NCBI GenBank assembly: GCA_033762915.1
Contig: JANRLD010000005.1
Location: forward strand, 1-64,000
Direction: 5' to 3'
DNA from: Meiothermus sp.
GTDB lineage: Bacteria; Deinococcota; Deinococci; Deinococcales; Thermaceae
Length of the DNA: 64,000 nucleotides
In this document: one piece after another, positions 10,515-22,000 of the stretch
Position numbering within the stretch: position 1 is the stretch's first letter
How the letters are laid out: every line of letters begins with the position of its first letter
Translations under genes and position numbers: made by a program
Notes under the pieces: generated by a model
What the model was told of the DNA's origin: nothing
The model's database searches: none
The model's input: the letters and a program-made list of their open reading frames with translations, nothing else

Positions 10515-12503
10515 ATGATCTGGACTTTCCGCCCCTGGCCGCACGTCGCCGAACTCCGCCCGCTGGTGGAGGGGCTGGGGGTATCGCCGCTGGCGGCCTC
10601 GGTGATTTGGAACCGGGGGTTCAGGACGGCGGCGGACCTAGAGCCGCCCCTGGAACTGCTCCCCCTCGAGCAGCTCAAGACCGCCGCGCTGCGGGTGGTT
10701 GAGGCGTTGGAGCGGCGGGAGCGGATTCGGATTCACGGCGACTACGACGCTGACGGCCTGACCGGGACGGCGGTGCTGCTGAACGGTCTGGGCAGGCTGG
10801 GGGCCGACATCCACGCTTTCATCCCGCACCGGCTGGGCGAGGGCTACGGCGTGCTAATGGAACGGGTGGCCGAGCATGTCGCGGGCTGCGACCTGTTCAT
10901 CACCGTGGACTGCGGGATCTCCAACCATGCCGAGATTGGCGCGCTCCGGGCGGGCGGGGTCACGGTGATTGTGACCGATCACCACAGCCCCGGCGCGGTG
11001 CTTCCCGACGCCACGCTGGTCCACCCGATGCTCTCGCCGAGGCTCGAGGGCCTTCCCCACCCGACCGGCGCGGGTGTGGCGTTTCTGCTGTTGTGGCAGG
11101 TCTACGAGCTGCTGGGCAAAGACCCGCCGCTGGAATTCGCCGACCTTGCCGCCATCGGCACTGTGGCGGATGTCGCGCCGCTGCAGGGCTTCAACCGGGC
11201 CCTGGTGAAGGAGGGGCTGCGGCGGCTGCGCAACTCTGCGCACGTGGGTCTGGCGGCGCTGGCCGCCGAGCATTGCAAGGACTTCACCTCCACCGAGATC
11301 GCCTTCCGCGTCGCGCCGCGCATCAACGCCTCCTCGAGGCTGGGCCAGGCCGAGGTGGCGCTGCGCTTGTTGACCAGCCGGGACTTGCTCGAGGTGCGTC
11401 CCATCGCCGAGCACCTCTCGCAACTCAACGCCCAGCGCCAGCGCATCGAGGAGGCCATGATCGAGCGCGTCCTCCCCACTGTGGATGTCTCCAAGCCGGC
11501 CCTGGTAGTTCACGACGCCGACGGGCACCCCGGCGTGATGGGTATCGTGGCCAGCCGCCTCTTGGAGCGCTTCTACAAGCCGGTCTACATCATCGCCGAC
11601 GGCAAGGGCTCGGTGCGCTCGACCCCTGGCATCAGCGCAGTGGGGGGTCTGCGCTTCGCCGCCGATCACCTCAAGCGCTACGGCGGCCACGCAGCTGCGG
11701 CGGGCTTCGCCATCAGCGACTCGGAGATTCCCGCCTTCACCCAGGCCATCTACACTTACGCTGCGCAGTTTCCTGTGCCCGTGCCGCAAATCACCCTCGA
11801 TGGCTGGCTGGACGGCGAGGACCTGGCCGACCTCCAGCAAGCCTTGGAGCTGCTGCAGCCGGTGGGGGAGGGCAACCCCGAGCCGATGTTCTATGCCCAG
11901 GGCAAGCCGGAGTTCGTCCGCACCCTCTCCGAGGGCAAGCACCTCAGCTTCCGCATGAACGGAACCAAGGTGATCAAGTGGCGCGACAACGGCGAGAACC
12001 TGCCCCAACGCATCGACCTAGCGGCGGGTCTGGTGATCAACGAGTGGAATGGCGAGCGCACCGTCGAGTTGCGCGGCTCGGTTTACCGCGCGCTCTCCGA
12101 CGAGCTGAGCGCGAGCTGGCTCGAGCCCGCCCCCTTCGCCCCCACTGTTAAGTGGGCGCAGGAGGTTCGCCCCAGGGTCTACGTAGCCCCCGAGGCCGCT
12201 GGGTGGTTTGTCAGCCGGGGCATCGAGGTCGTCGCGCCCGAAGAAGCCGAGGTCTGGTTCTCGCTGCCGCCGCTGCCGGCCATGCACCGGGGCGTGAAGG
12301 TGGCGCTCTCCGACAAGGCCCTGGGGGCGCTCGAGGCCCACCCCGACCGCCTCTCGCAGGGCTTTGGCCGCCGCATCGCCGCCGCCTACCGCAAGGGGCA
12401 GGGCCGGCTGATGCAGGAGGCGCTCGAGCGCTGGTGGGAGGCGCAGGGCGGGCAGTCGAGCGGGGGGGCGGGGGAGAAGAGGGGCCAGGAAAACCTCGCC
12501 TAG
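10515..12503 (+). CDS. recJ: Single-stranded-DNA exonuclease RecJ
   Basis: GDYDADG, TVDCG, TDHH, GTVADV, PRINA and GGHAAAAG motifs; Thermus-like C-terminal extension. Confidence 0.95.
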   Translation: MIWTFRPWPHVAELRPLVEGLGVSPLAASVIWNRGFRTAADLEPPLELLPLEQLKTAALRVVEALERRERIRIHGDYDADGLTGTAVLLNGLGRLGADIHAFIPHRLGEGYGVLMERVAEHVAGCDLFITVDCGISNHAEIGALRAGGVTVIVTDHHSPGAVLPDATLVHPMLSPRLEGLPHPTGAGVAFLLLWQVYELLGKDPPLEFADLAAIGTVADVAPLQGFNRALVKEGLRRLRNSAHVGLAALAAEHCKDFTSTEIAFRVAPRINASSRLGQAEVALRLLTSRDLLEVRPIAEHLSQLNAQRQRIEEAMIERVLPTVDVSKPALVVHDADGHPGVMGIVASRLLERFYKPVYIIADGKGSVRSTPGISAVGGLRFAADHLKRYGGHAAAAGFAISDSEIPAFTQAIYTYAAQFPVPVPQITLDGWLDGEDLADLQQALELLQPVGEGNPEPMFYAQGKPEFVRTLSEGKHLSFRMNGTKVIKWRDNGENLPQRIDLAAGLVINEWNGERTVELRGSVYRALSDELSASWLEPAPFAPTVKWAQEVRPRVYVAPEAAGWFVSRGIEVVAPEEAEVWFSLPPLPAMHRGVKVALSDKALGALEAHPDRLSQGFGRRIAAAYRKGQGRLMQEALERWWEAQGGQSSGGAGEKRGQENLA

Positions 12504-12723
12504 AGCGGTTCCCACGCATACTCCCTACTGCGCTAAAGCGGGCGGTTTTTGCTGAAGAGCGGTTGCCGCGAACACTCGGTACGGCGGTTTTTGCCGTACC
12601 GAGTGCCATACTCCGCTTTAGCGCACGCTTTAGCGCAGCACCGTGGGCGGAGTAGTGGTGGGAAACGCGATAGGGAGTACATTCCCTGACGCCTCGAGGG
12701 AGGTAATGCTGGGAAACGCGATA
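12501..12723 (-). mobile_element. MITE family A copy 2 with a related element nested inside (12555-12672)
   Basis: Outer ends TAGAGCGGTTCCC and GGGAAACGCGATA; inner ends AAGAGCGGTTGCC and GGGAAACGCGATA. Removing the inner part restores a sequence matching copy 4. Confidence 0.75.
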
Positions 12724-13027
12724 GCGCCTCGCCAGCCCTGCTGTTTTGCGCTCCGCAAGGCAATCTGCCGACCCGGTAGGGGGTCACTGTGTACGGGAAA
12801 CTGCGGTCTACGGAGGCCGGCTCGAGCCTGTGCTTCGCATGGTCATGGCCCCTTTGGCTCGGGTCTCCCTGTCCGCTCTGCTCACCTCCGTCACCCCCTA
12901 CCCGCTCTCGCCGCTTTCCGCCTTCCTGTACTCAGGCCAACATTTCCTGTAATGGCGATAAAATTACCAAGACTGGCAGGGAAAAACTCCTAGATTACAC
13001 TCAGAGTGTTCGGGTACACTGTGTAAC

Positions 13028-16000
13028 GTGCGGTTTTTGCGCTGGGTCCCCCTGTTTCTGCTGCTTTTGCTGGTGGGGCTCCCGGCCTTCCCGCCGTTGA
13101 TCGATTTTGCTCTGAGAAAAGGCCTCGAGGCTGCGGGCTTCAAGGGCGAGTGGAGGACTGCGGGCGGCTATCTGCTGGCTGGGGTGGAGCTGCGCGGCGC
13201 AAAACTCGAGGGCGCCGGGCTCTCGCTCGAGGCCGAGCGGGTGCGGGTGGGCTACAACCTGATCCGGCTCTTCTGGCGCGAGCTGCCGCTGCGGATTCAG
13301 GCCGCCGACGGCGTGGTCAGGCTCAAGTGGGATACCGTCATCCCCACCCAGCCCGCTGCGCCGCCCAGCGGCCCGGCCCCGTTTGAATTGCGCATCGACG
13401 AGCTGGCCCTGCAAGACGTCCGTGCAGAGCTGGGCGAGTCGCGCAATTTTTTCCTGCCCACCATCCGCGCCACGGTGCGCGGCACCGGGCCGTACAACGT
13501 GACCGCCCAACTGCCCGAGGGTAGGCTCGAGGGCACCGTCGAGCGCACCGGGAGGCAGTTCGAGGCCTGGAAGATTCAGGCCAAGGGCGACGTGCGGGCG
13601 GCGCGGTACTGGTTTCAGGGCATCGAGGGCGGGCAGCTGGCAGGCACCTGGACGATTGACTCCGAGGGCATCCGCGGCGAGAACCAGATCAGGGGCGGGG
13701 TGGTCACGCTGCCCGGCCCTGTCCCCATCCGCGAGGTCTACGGCCCCGTCAGCTTCGACGGCAACCTGGTTACGGCCAATCTGGTCGGGCGGGTCTTCGG
13801 CGGTACCGCCAAGGGCGCGGGGACGGTGGACATCCGGGCCCAGGAATACCGCTTTCGGGTCGAGGGCAACGCCACCCTGGGGGCGCTGGCCAAGAACTGG
13901 AACCTCAACCTGCCCATCGAGGGCGGCGGGCCGGTGGTGGTGGAGGGCAGGGGCTGGCAGAACCTGACCCTGAGCGGGCGCTACAGCGGCCAGGGTGAGC
14001 TGCTGGGCGAGCCGCTGAGCTACGAGGGCACCTTGGGCTTCGACAAAATATTCAAGCTCGATACCCTGGTCGACGGTGGCCTGTTCGACCGCACCTTCAA
14101 CGCCAGCGTGGCGGTGCGGAACACCCGCTACACGGTGGGCCTGCTGGACTCGCTGGGCAGCCGCCTGCGCCTCAGCGGCGAGGCCGCCGATACCACCGGG
14201 AGTGGAACGCTGACCTTGCCGAGGCCCCTCGAGGGCCAGGCTCGAGTGGCCTTCAGCAGTCGGGGGCCGCGGTGGGAGGCCCAGATCAACTCGGAGAATG
14301 TCGAACTCCCCGCTGCACTGCCCTTCAGCCTCACGGGGGCCCTGCGCGGCGACGGAGCGTCGGTATCGGGGCGGCTGGGCGCGGTTGATCTGTCGGGGCG
14401 TTGGGACGACCTACAGCTGCGCCTGAGCGGCCTTCCAATGGTGGTGGGGCAGGCCAGCGGGCAGGCCACGCTGAAGAACGGGCGCTTCGCGGGTGATTTC
14501 GCCTACGACTCGCCCTACGCCAATTTTCCCGTCGCAGTGCGGCAGGACGGCCCAGTCTGGCGCCTGAATAACCGCTGGGCGCAGGGGAGGTTTGAGCAAG
14601 GCATCTTCACCCTGGATGTGGCCGAGCTGCCCCTGCAGGTGGTGGAGCCTATGCGCCTCTCCGGCAGGGTCCGCTATGAGGAGGGAAAACTCAGCGGCGG
14701 CTGGGACCTGCAGGGCCAGCAGTTCGTCAGCGCCAGGGGGGAACTCTACGACCTGGCCTCGAGGTTCACCGGTACCCTCAAAACGCCCCTGGGCAACCTG
14801 CCGTTGGGCGGCACGGTAGACTCCGCAGACCCCACAGTGCTGCGCAGCAGGCTCTCCACCTTGGACATCACCTACCGGGCCGCCGAGGGGCTGCGAATTC
14901 GGGGGCCGCTCGAGTTGGGCTTTATCCAGGGCCGCTCGGACCTGACCCTCAAGGACACCCGGTGGTCGGGCCAGGCGACGGCGGAAACCCCCTGGCTGCA
15001 GGCCCGCCTCGAGGGACGCGGCAGCCAGCTCTACGCCACCAGCACCGGCTATGCGCTGATGTCCGGCCCGGTCTACCCCAAGACCCGCCTGAAGGGCCGG
15101 CTCAACCTGCCGCTCTCCGGCGCGGTGGAGGTCGAGGCGGTGCCGCTGGAGCTGACCTTGCGCGGCGTCTCTTGGCCTACTGGCCGGGCGCAGTTTGTGG
15201 GCGGGTTGCCCTTCGAGGGGAGTCTGCCGGTGCGGATTCTTGGTCAGGCCGGGCGCCTGAGCGCCAAGGGCAACCTCGAGCGGGCCACCCTGCGCCTGAC
15301 CTCACCGCTGGCCAGCCTCAGCGCCGAGGGCCCGCTGCGCGACCTCCCCATCACCGGAACCCTGAACTATGCGGGCTACGCCGGAACCTTCCGGGGCCGG
15401 GCCGACCTGTTCCGGGCCGCCTACCAGGGGCAGCTCGAGGTACCGGGGCTCGAGGGCGCGGCCAGCTTCCAGGGCCGCGCCGCCGACCTGACCTACACGG
15501 GCGAGTTCCAGCAGGGCCGGTTGCGGGCCAGCGGGCGCTACCGCTACGTTGCCGGCGACCCGCTGGCGGGGCTGCAACTGCGCCTCGAGGCCGACCGCTA
15601 CGACACCACCCGCTGGGGCCTGCCTGCGGTGCTCAGCGGCGTCTGGTCGCAGCGGGGCGGGCGCTTGCAACTGAAGACCAAGCCGGGTGCCCCCCTCCAG
15701 GTTTCGGCCAGCCTCCAGGGCAGTGCGCTTTTGGAGGCCAGGGCGCTCGAGGTGGTCAGCGACTACGTGACGCTGCGTGGCTCGGCCAGCCTGCAAAACA
15801 TCAACCTGCGCGGCGAGCTCGAGGTGCCCTACCTGTCGGGCGACCTCAGCGTGCTGGGGTCGCCACAGCGGCTGCAGCTGAGCGCCAGGGGGCGCTACCA
15901 GCTGCCCTACCTGGCCCCCGCGGCTTGGCGCTTCAACGCCGATGTGAACAGCCAGCGCTGGGAACTGACCGGCCCGCTGGCCCTGAACGGACGCGGCCTA

Positions 16001-19000
16001 CGCTACAGCGGAGTGGTCTCCTGGCCCTACAGCCTGCAAGGCCGCGAAGGCATCCTGACCGGAAGCCTGCAGGGGGAAAGCCTGAACCTTGGCGGCAACC
16101 TGCGCACCACGTATGGCGGGCTGCCGCTCAGCGCGGCGGTCATAGCTCGAGGTGCCGATCTGGCCAAGCTCGAAGCCACCTTGCGCCTGCCCGAGGGTCA
16201 GATCCGGATCGCGGGCAAGCAGGCCAGACTCGACCTCGAGACCCGCGAGATTGCCAAACTTTTTGGCGCGGACGTGCGGGGCCGGGTGCGCGGCGAACTC
16301 GACCTCAGCCAGCTGCCCGACCTGCAAGCCCTGATCGAGCAGGGCGGCCAGGGGCGGCTGGAGGGTGCACTGCTGGTCTCGGGGCAGGAGGTCGAGCTGA
16401 GCTACCGGGATCGGGTGCTCGAGGCCGTGCTGCCGGCTTACCAGGTGGGCCTGAAGGCCGACCTGGGGCGCGAGGTGCGGCTGACCGGGCTGAAAAATCT
16501 AGACGGAGTGCTGATGGTGGGCCGGGGTTTGAGTGGGAGCATGGCCTACAAGGCGGGCGGTCTCGAGCTACAGACCCGCTGGGCCGGAACCCCGCAACGC
16601 CCGTCGGTGCAGGTGGCGGGGCAGACCGCCGCAGGCAAACTGCAAGGCTCGCTGAACTATGTCTTGGCGGAGGCCAGAGGCGTAGGCGGGGTGCGCCTCG
16701 AGAGCCCCTACGCCAGCGCCACCCTGACCCTAAACACCAATGGGACGCGGTATCAGGCCACGGGCAGCCTCGAGAGCCTGCAGTACCTGAAGCAGCGCGG
16801 CGAGGTGCGCCTCGGCGGCGAGGGCACGGCCTGGAACCTGGCCTGGAGCGCGCCGATGCGCCTGGAGGCCAGGGGGCGTGGGGCCGAGCTGGAGCGGGTC
16901 GGACTGAGCGGGCGGGGGCTGCTCGAGGTGGCGGGGCGCGGCTTCGACCTTGCGGGCGAGTTGGACGTAGTGGGCGATCAGTTTGCCGGTCGGATGAGCG
17001 CCAGGGGGGAGCAGGTGGCGCTCGAGCTGCGCGGCCAGGATTCGCTGCTGAACGTCGGGGGCACGGCCTTCGACGCCGAGGTGGCGGCCACGCTCAGCCG
17101 GGCCGGACGGCTGGGCGGGAGCCTGCGCTACAGCCGCGATCTGGCGGCCAACCGCCTGCGTCTGGTCGCCAACCTGAGCGGCACCCTGCTGCGCCCCGAA
17201 CTCGAGGGTACCGGCGTCGTGCAGGGCGATGGTGCGGTGATTAACCTGCGCTACGGCTTCAAGGAACAGCTCTACGCCAGGGCCAGCGGCGAGGGGATTC
17301 GGGCGGAATTGCAGGGGAGCGTACTCGAGCTAAACCTCGACGCCGACCTGAAGCCCTTCGTCGGCCAAGCCTTGCGCCTGAAAACCGCAGGCAAGGGCGA
17401 GTGGGCCGGCCTGAGCCTTCCGCTCCAACTCACGGGCGTGGTCGCCGGTCAGCCTGTCGAGGCCAGCGGGGAGGCCGCCCCGGCCAGGCTCGAGGCCAGC
17501 CTGCGCGGTACGGTGGAGCGGCAGGGTTTTAGCGCCGTCTACCGCCAGGGCTTAACGGTGGACCTGCTGGGGGGCTATGCTACCGGGCAGGTCCGGCTGA
17601 AGAACTCCCTCGAAAGCCTCGAGGGCCTGGTCAATCTAGACCTCCCTCTAGGCTCCTACGGCCGCTTGGTCGGCCAGGCCGATCTGGCCAAGGGCACCGT
17701 CGCCCTGCAGGGTCAGGAGGGGATCGGCGGAAGTCTGGCCGGGCAACTGCGCGAGGGCTGGGCCCAGCCGACCAAGTGGAACCTGCAATCCGACCTTAGC
17801 GCGGAGTTCCCGGGGCTGTCCGAGCCGCCGCGCCTGGCCGGGGCCTTCGAGCTAGACGCCGCGCCGCTGGCGGTGCGGGGGAGCGGTCGGCTCGAGCTGG
17901 CCCCCTACGGTACCCTCCAGCTCAACGCAGTGGGCGGCGCGGTGGAGGCGCGGGGCCAGGGGGAGCTGCGCCCGCTGCTGGCAAGAGTCCAGCTCGCGCC
18001 GACCCAGGCCACCTGGAGTTTCAGAGGAGAGCTGCCGCGCGGCCTGGGCAGACTGGACGCGCGGGGGGCCTACCCCGGCACCTGGATCACCGGGCGCTAC
18101 GAGAACCTGGGCAAGGCGTTTGGGCTCGAGGGCCGGGAAACCCGCCTAAGCGTGGTGGGGGAGGGGGTGCAGGCCGTCCTGACCCCGCAGGAGTTGCAGG
18201 CCAGCTTGCGCGGGTTCACCTATGGCGGGGTCGAGCTTACCGGCAGCGTGGCGGGGGCCTGGTCGGCCCTCGCGGCGAACCTTAACTGGGCCGCCTTCGA
18301 GCGAAAAGGGCAGCTCGAAGCCACCTACACCGAGGGGAACCTGCGCGGCAGGCTGGATGGGGCGGTCAAGGGCAGCTTGGGCTGGTCGTCGGCTCAGGTC
18401 TGGTCGGGCAGCCTGCGGATTCCCGAGTTCGAGACCGACCTCGCGCTCTCGGGGCAGGGCACGATTCCCAAGGTGCGGCTGCAGAACCAATATGCCAGCG
18501 GAACCCTCACCTACGCGGGAGGCCGCCCTGAGGGGGTGCTAAACCTGGACTTTCCGGTTGCCTCCATCGGGCGCCTGTTCGGTCAGGCCGACCTGACCAG
18601 GGGCAGCGTGCGCTTGCAGGGCCGGGAGGGCCTGAGCGGAACCCTGAACGCCCAACTGCGCGAGGGGTGGGCGCAGCCGACCCGCTGGAGTCTCGAGACC
18701 ACCTTGATGCTTCGGCAGACCGGCTTGGACGAGCCCGCTCGACTGAGCGGGAAGATCGAGCTGGACGCCTCGCCGCTGGCGGTGCGGGGCGACGCCCGCC
18801 TCGAGCTGGCCCAGTACGGCGCACTGGGGCTGAGGGGGGGCGGCGGCAGCGTGGCCGTGGGCGGCTTGGGGGAGCTGCGCCCGCTGAGCGCCCAGGTTCG
18901 CCTGTCGCCGCTGCAGGTCGGTTGGACGTACAGCGGCCCGCTGCCGCGCAACCTGGGCGAGCTGGTGGGCCGGGGCAGCTACCCCGGCACCTGGCTCAGC

Positions 19001-22000
19001 GGCCGCTACACCAACCTGGGCAAGACCTTCGCGGTTGAAGGCCGGGAAACCCAGGTTAAGTTGAGTACGCCGGGCCTAGCGGCGACGCTGACCCCCCAGC
19101 AGCTCGAGGCCCGCCTGGAGGGGTTCACCTACAGCGGGGTGGAGGTGTCGGGGGACCTGAAGGGGGCCTGGTCGGACCTGGCCGCAAACCTGAGCTGGGA
19201 AGCTTTGGGGCGCAGCGGACAGCTCGAGGCCACCTACGCGGGGGGCGCGGTGTGGGGGCGGCTGGGGGGTGCGGTCAGCGGCGAGGTGGGCTGGTCGTCG
19301 AGCCAGACCTGGACGGGCAGACTGCAGGTGCCGGAGTACCAGACCTCGCTGGCGCTCTCGGGGCGGGGCGGCATCCCCACCGTGCAGGTGCAAAGCGAGT
19401 ACGCCAAGGGCAACGTCACCTATGCCGGCGGCCGCCCCGAGGGTACGCTGAGCCTGGACATCCCGATTTCTGGCCTAGGGCGTTTGGTGGGGAGTGCGGA
19501 CCTGGCCCAGGGGCAAGTCAGCCTCGAGGGCCGGGGGGGCCTGGGCGGAACCCTGCAGGCCCGACTGCGCGAGGGCTGGGCGCAGCCGACCCGCTGGGAG
19601 CTGCAGAGCAACCTGGGGGCGGCGGTCTCGGGGCTGGATCGCCCGGCCCGGCTGGCGGGCACCCTCAGCTTGGATGCCGCGCCGCTGGCGGTGCGGGGCG
19701 AGGCCCGGCTCGAGCTGGGGCAGTACGGGTCGGCCCAGGTGTTTGGACAAGGGGCCGCGCTCGAGGTGCGGGGCCAGGGGGAGCTGCGCCCGCTGGCGGC
19801 TCGAGTGGCCCTCTCGCCGGTGCAGGTGAGCTGGACCTACCGGGGGGCCCTGCCGCGCAACCTGGGCAACCTGGAGGGGGGCGGCACCTACCCCGGCAAT
19901 TGGCTGACCGGGCGCTACCAGAATTTCGGCCAGGACCTGAGCCTCGAGGGGCGCGAGACCCAGGTACAGGTTTCTGGCAAGGGGATACAGGCCACCCTCA
20001 CCCCCCAGAGTCTCGAGGCCCGCCTGGACGACTTCAGCTACAGCGGGGTGACGGTCTCGGGCGAAGTAAAGGGGGGCTGGTCGGACCTCGCGGCCAACCT
20101 GGGCTGGGAGTACGGCGAGCGCAGCGGGCAGGTTGAGGCTACCTACTTGGGGGGGGCTGTCAGGGCCAAACTCGAGGGGGCAGTTCAAGGCGGCATGGGT
20201 TTTTCGGCCCGCCAGGAGTGGTCGGGCAACCTGAGTGTTCCCGAGTTCGACGCCACCTTGGCCCTGTCCGGCCAGGGGGCGATTCCCCGCGTGCAGGTGC
20301 AGAGCCCGCTTGCCAGAGGCTCCGTCACCTACGCCAACAACCGACCCGAGGGGCTACTCAACCTCGACGTTCCGCTGGGTACGTTGGGGCGCGTTGTGGG
20401 CACCGCCGACCTCGGCCAAGGCGCGCTCAGCCTCGAGGGCCGGGGGGGCCTGGGCGGAACCCTGCAGGCCCGGCTGCGCGAAGGTTGGGCGCAGCCGACC
20501 CGCTGGAGCCTCGAGACCGACCTGCGCTCGAGCCTCGGCAACCAGGACCTGGCCTTGCGGGGCCAGTTCGAGTTCGACGCCGCGCCGCTGGCCCTGCGGG
20601 GCAGTGGCCGGGTCAGTTCGCCCGAGTGGGGCAGCCTCCGCCTGCAAGCCGGCGGCAACCGGGTAGAGGTGCTAGGCGCGGAGGGCCTGGAGGCGCTCAA
20701 GGGTCAGGTCCGGTTGAGCCCGCTGCAGGTTCAGTGGGCCTACAGTGGGGCCCTGCCGCGCAACCTGGGCAGCCTCGAGGCCGGCGGCACCTACCCCGGC
20801 GTCTGGGCTCAGGGCCGCTTTAAGTACCCCGGCATCGGGCCGGAACTCACCCTGCGCGGCGAGGACGACCGCCTACTGCTGCGCGGCCAGGGCCTCGAGG
20901 CCGACCTGACCGCTGGAGGGGTACAGGCCCGCCTGAACAACCTTGACATCTCCGGCGTCAAGCTCTCGGGCGGCCTCGAGGGGGCCTACACCGACCTGCG
21001 AACCGACCTGAACTGGGGTGCCTTCGGGCGCAAGGGCGAGATCAAGGGCAGGTTCGCCGGCAACCGCCTGAGCGCCGACCTCTCGGGCGACCTTTCAGGC
21101 CAACTGAGCTACGCGCTGAGCGGCCAGACCTGGGGCGGGCAGGTCAAGTTCAGGGAGGGTTCGCTCGAGCTTTCCGGCCAGGGCCAGGCCATCCCCCAGG
21201 CCGAGGGCGAGGTGCTGGGCTTCGGGCTACGGCTTCGTTACCCGGTGCTCGAGGTGGCCCCCGACCGCGCCCAGCTCGACGCGCCCCGCCCCATCAGCTC
21301 GAGGCAGGGCAACCTGACCATCGACGTGGCCCGCCGCGATGCCAGCGGCATCATGGGGGTGCGCAGCGTGGAGGTGCGGGGCCAGGGCCGTACCCTCGAG
21401 GCCGTCTACCCCTTCGCGGGCGGGCGGCTGGTGGTGGACTTGGACCTGCAGAACTTCAACCTGCGGGTCTCCGCGCCTGCGCTGGGCCGGGGCGACCTGC
21501 GCTACGAGCGGGGCCAGCTCTCGGGCAGGCTCGACCTCGACGCCTTCAACCTCCAGACTGTCATCGAGGGCGGTGGCAGCCAGGCCAGGGTGTCGGTGCG
21601 CCACCCCGCCACCGACTGGCTGCCCTGGAAGGGCGGCAGCCTGACTGGCGGGGTGCGGCTGGACGGCAGTTGGAGCTTGTCGTACCGCGACGACGATGAG
21701 AAGCAGACCGTGGAGGCCGATGGGCGGCTGCTCGAGGGCCAGATCAGGGCTGCCGGGGATTGGATCAAGGGCCGGCTGGCCTACGGCCAGGCCAGCGGTC
21801 TGTGGGCGGGCGACCTGAGCCTAGACCTGCCGCTGGCCCCCATCACCAGCCGCTTGAGTCTGAACGTGCAGGGCGGGGCGGCGTTGCAGGCCGAGGGCGC
21901 GGTGAGTGGCGGGCTGGGCAACATTGCCCTCAGCGCCCGGGTCGAGCGGGGCCGCACCGACGCCCGCGCCCGCTTCAACGACCTGCTGATCCAGGAGGTG

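Noticed and set aside
14962..17244. 760-aa alternative-frame ORF inside tamB
   Set aside because: Arg/Pro/Gly/Ala-rich off-frame product typical of stop-poor high-GC DNA.
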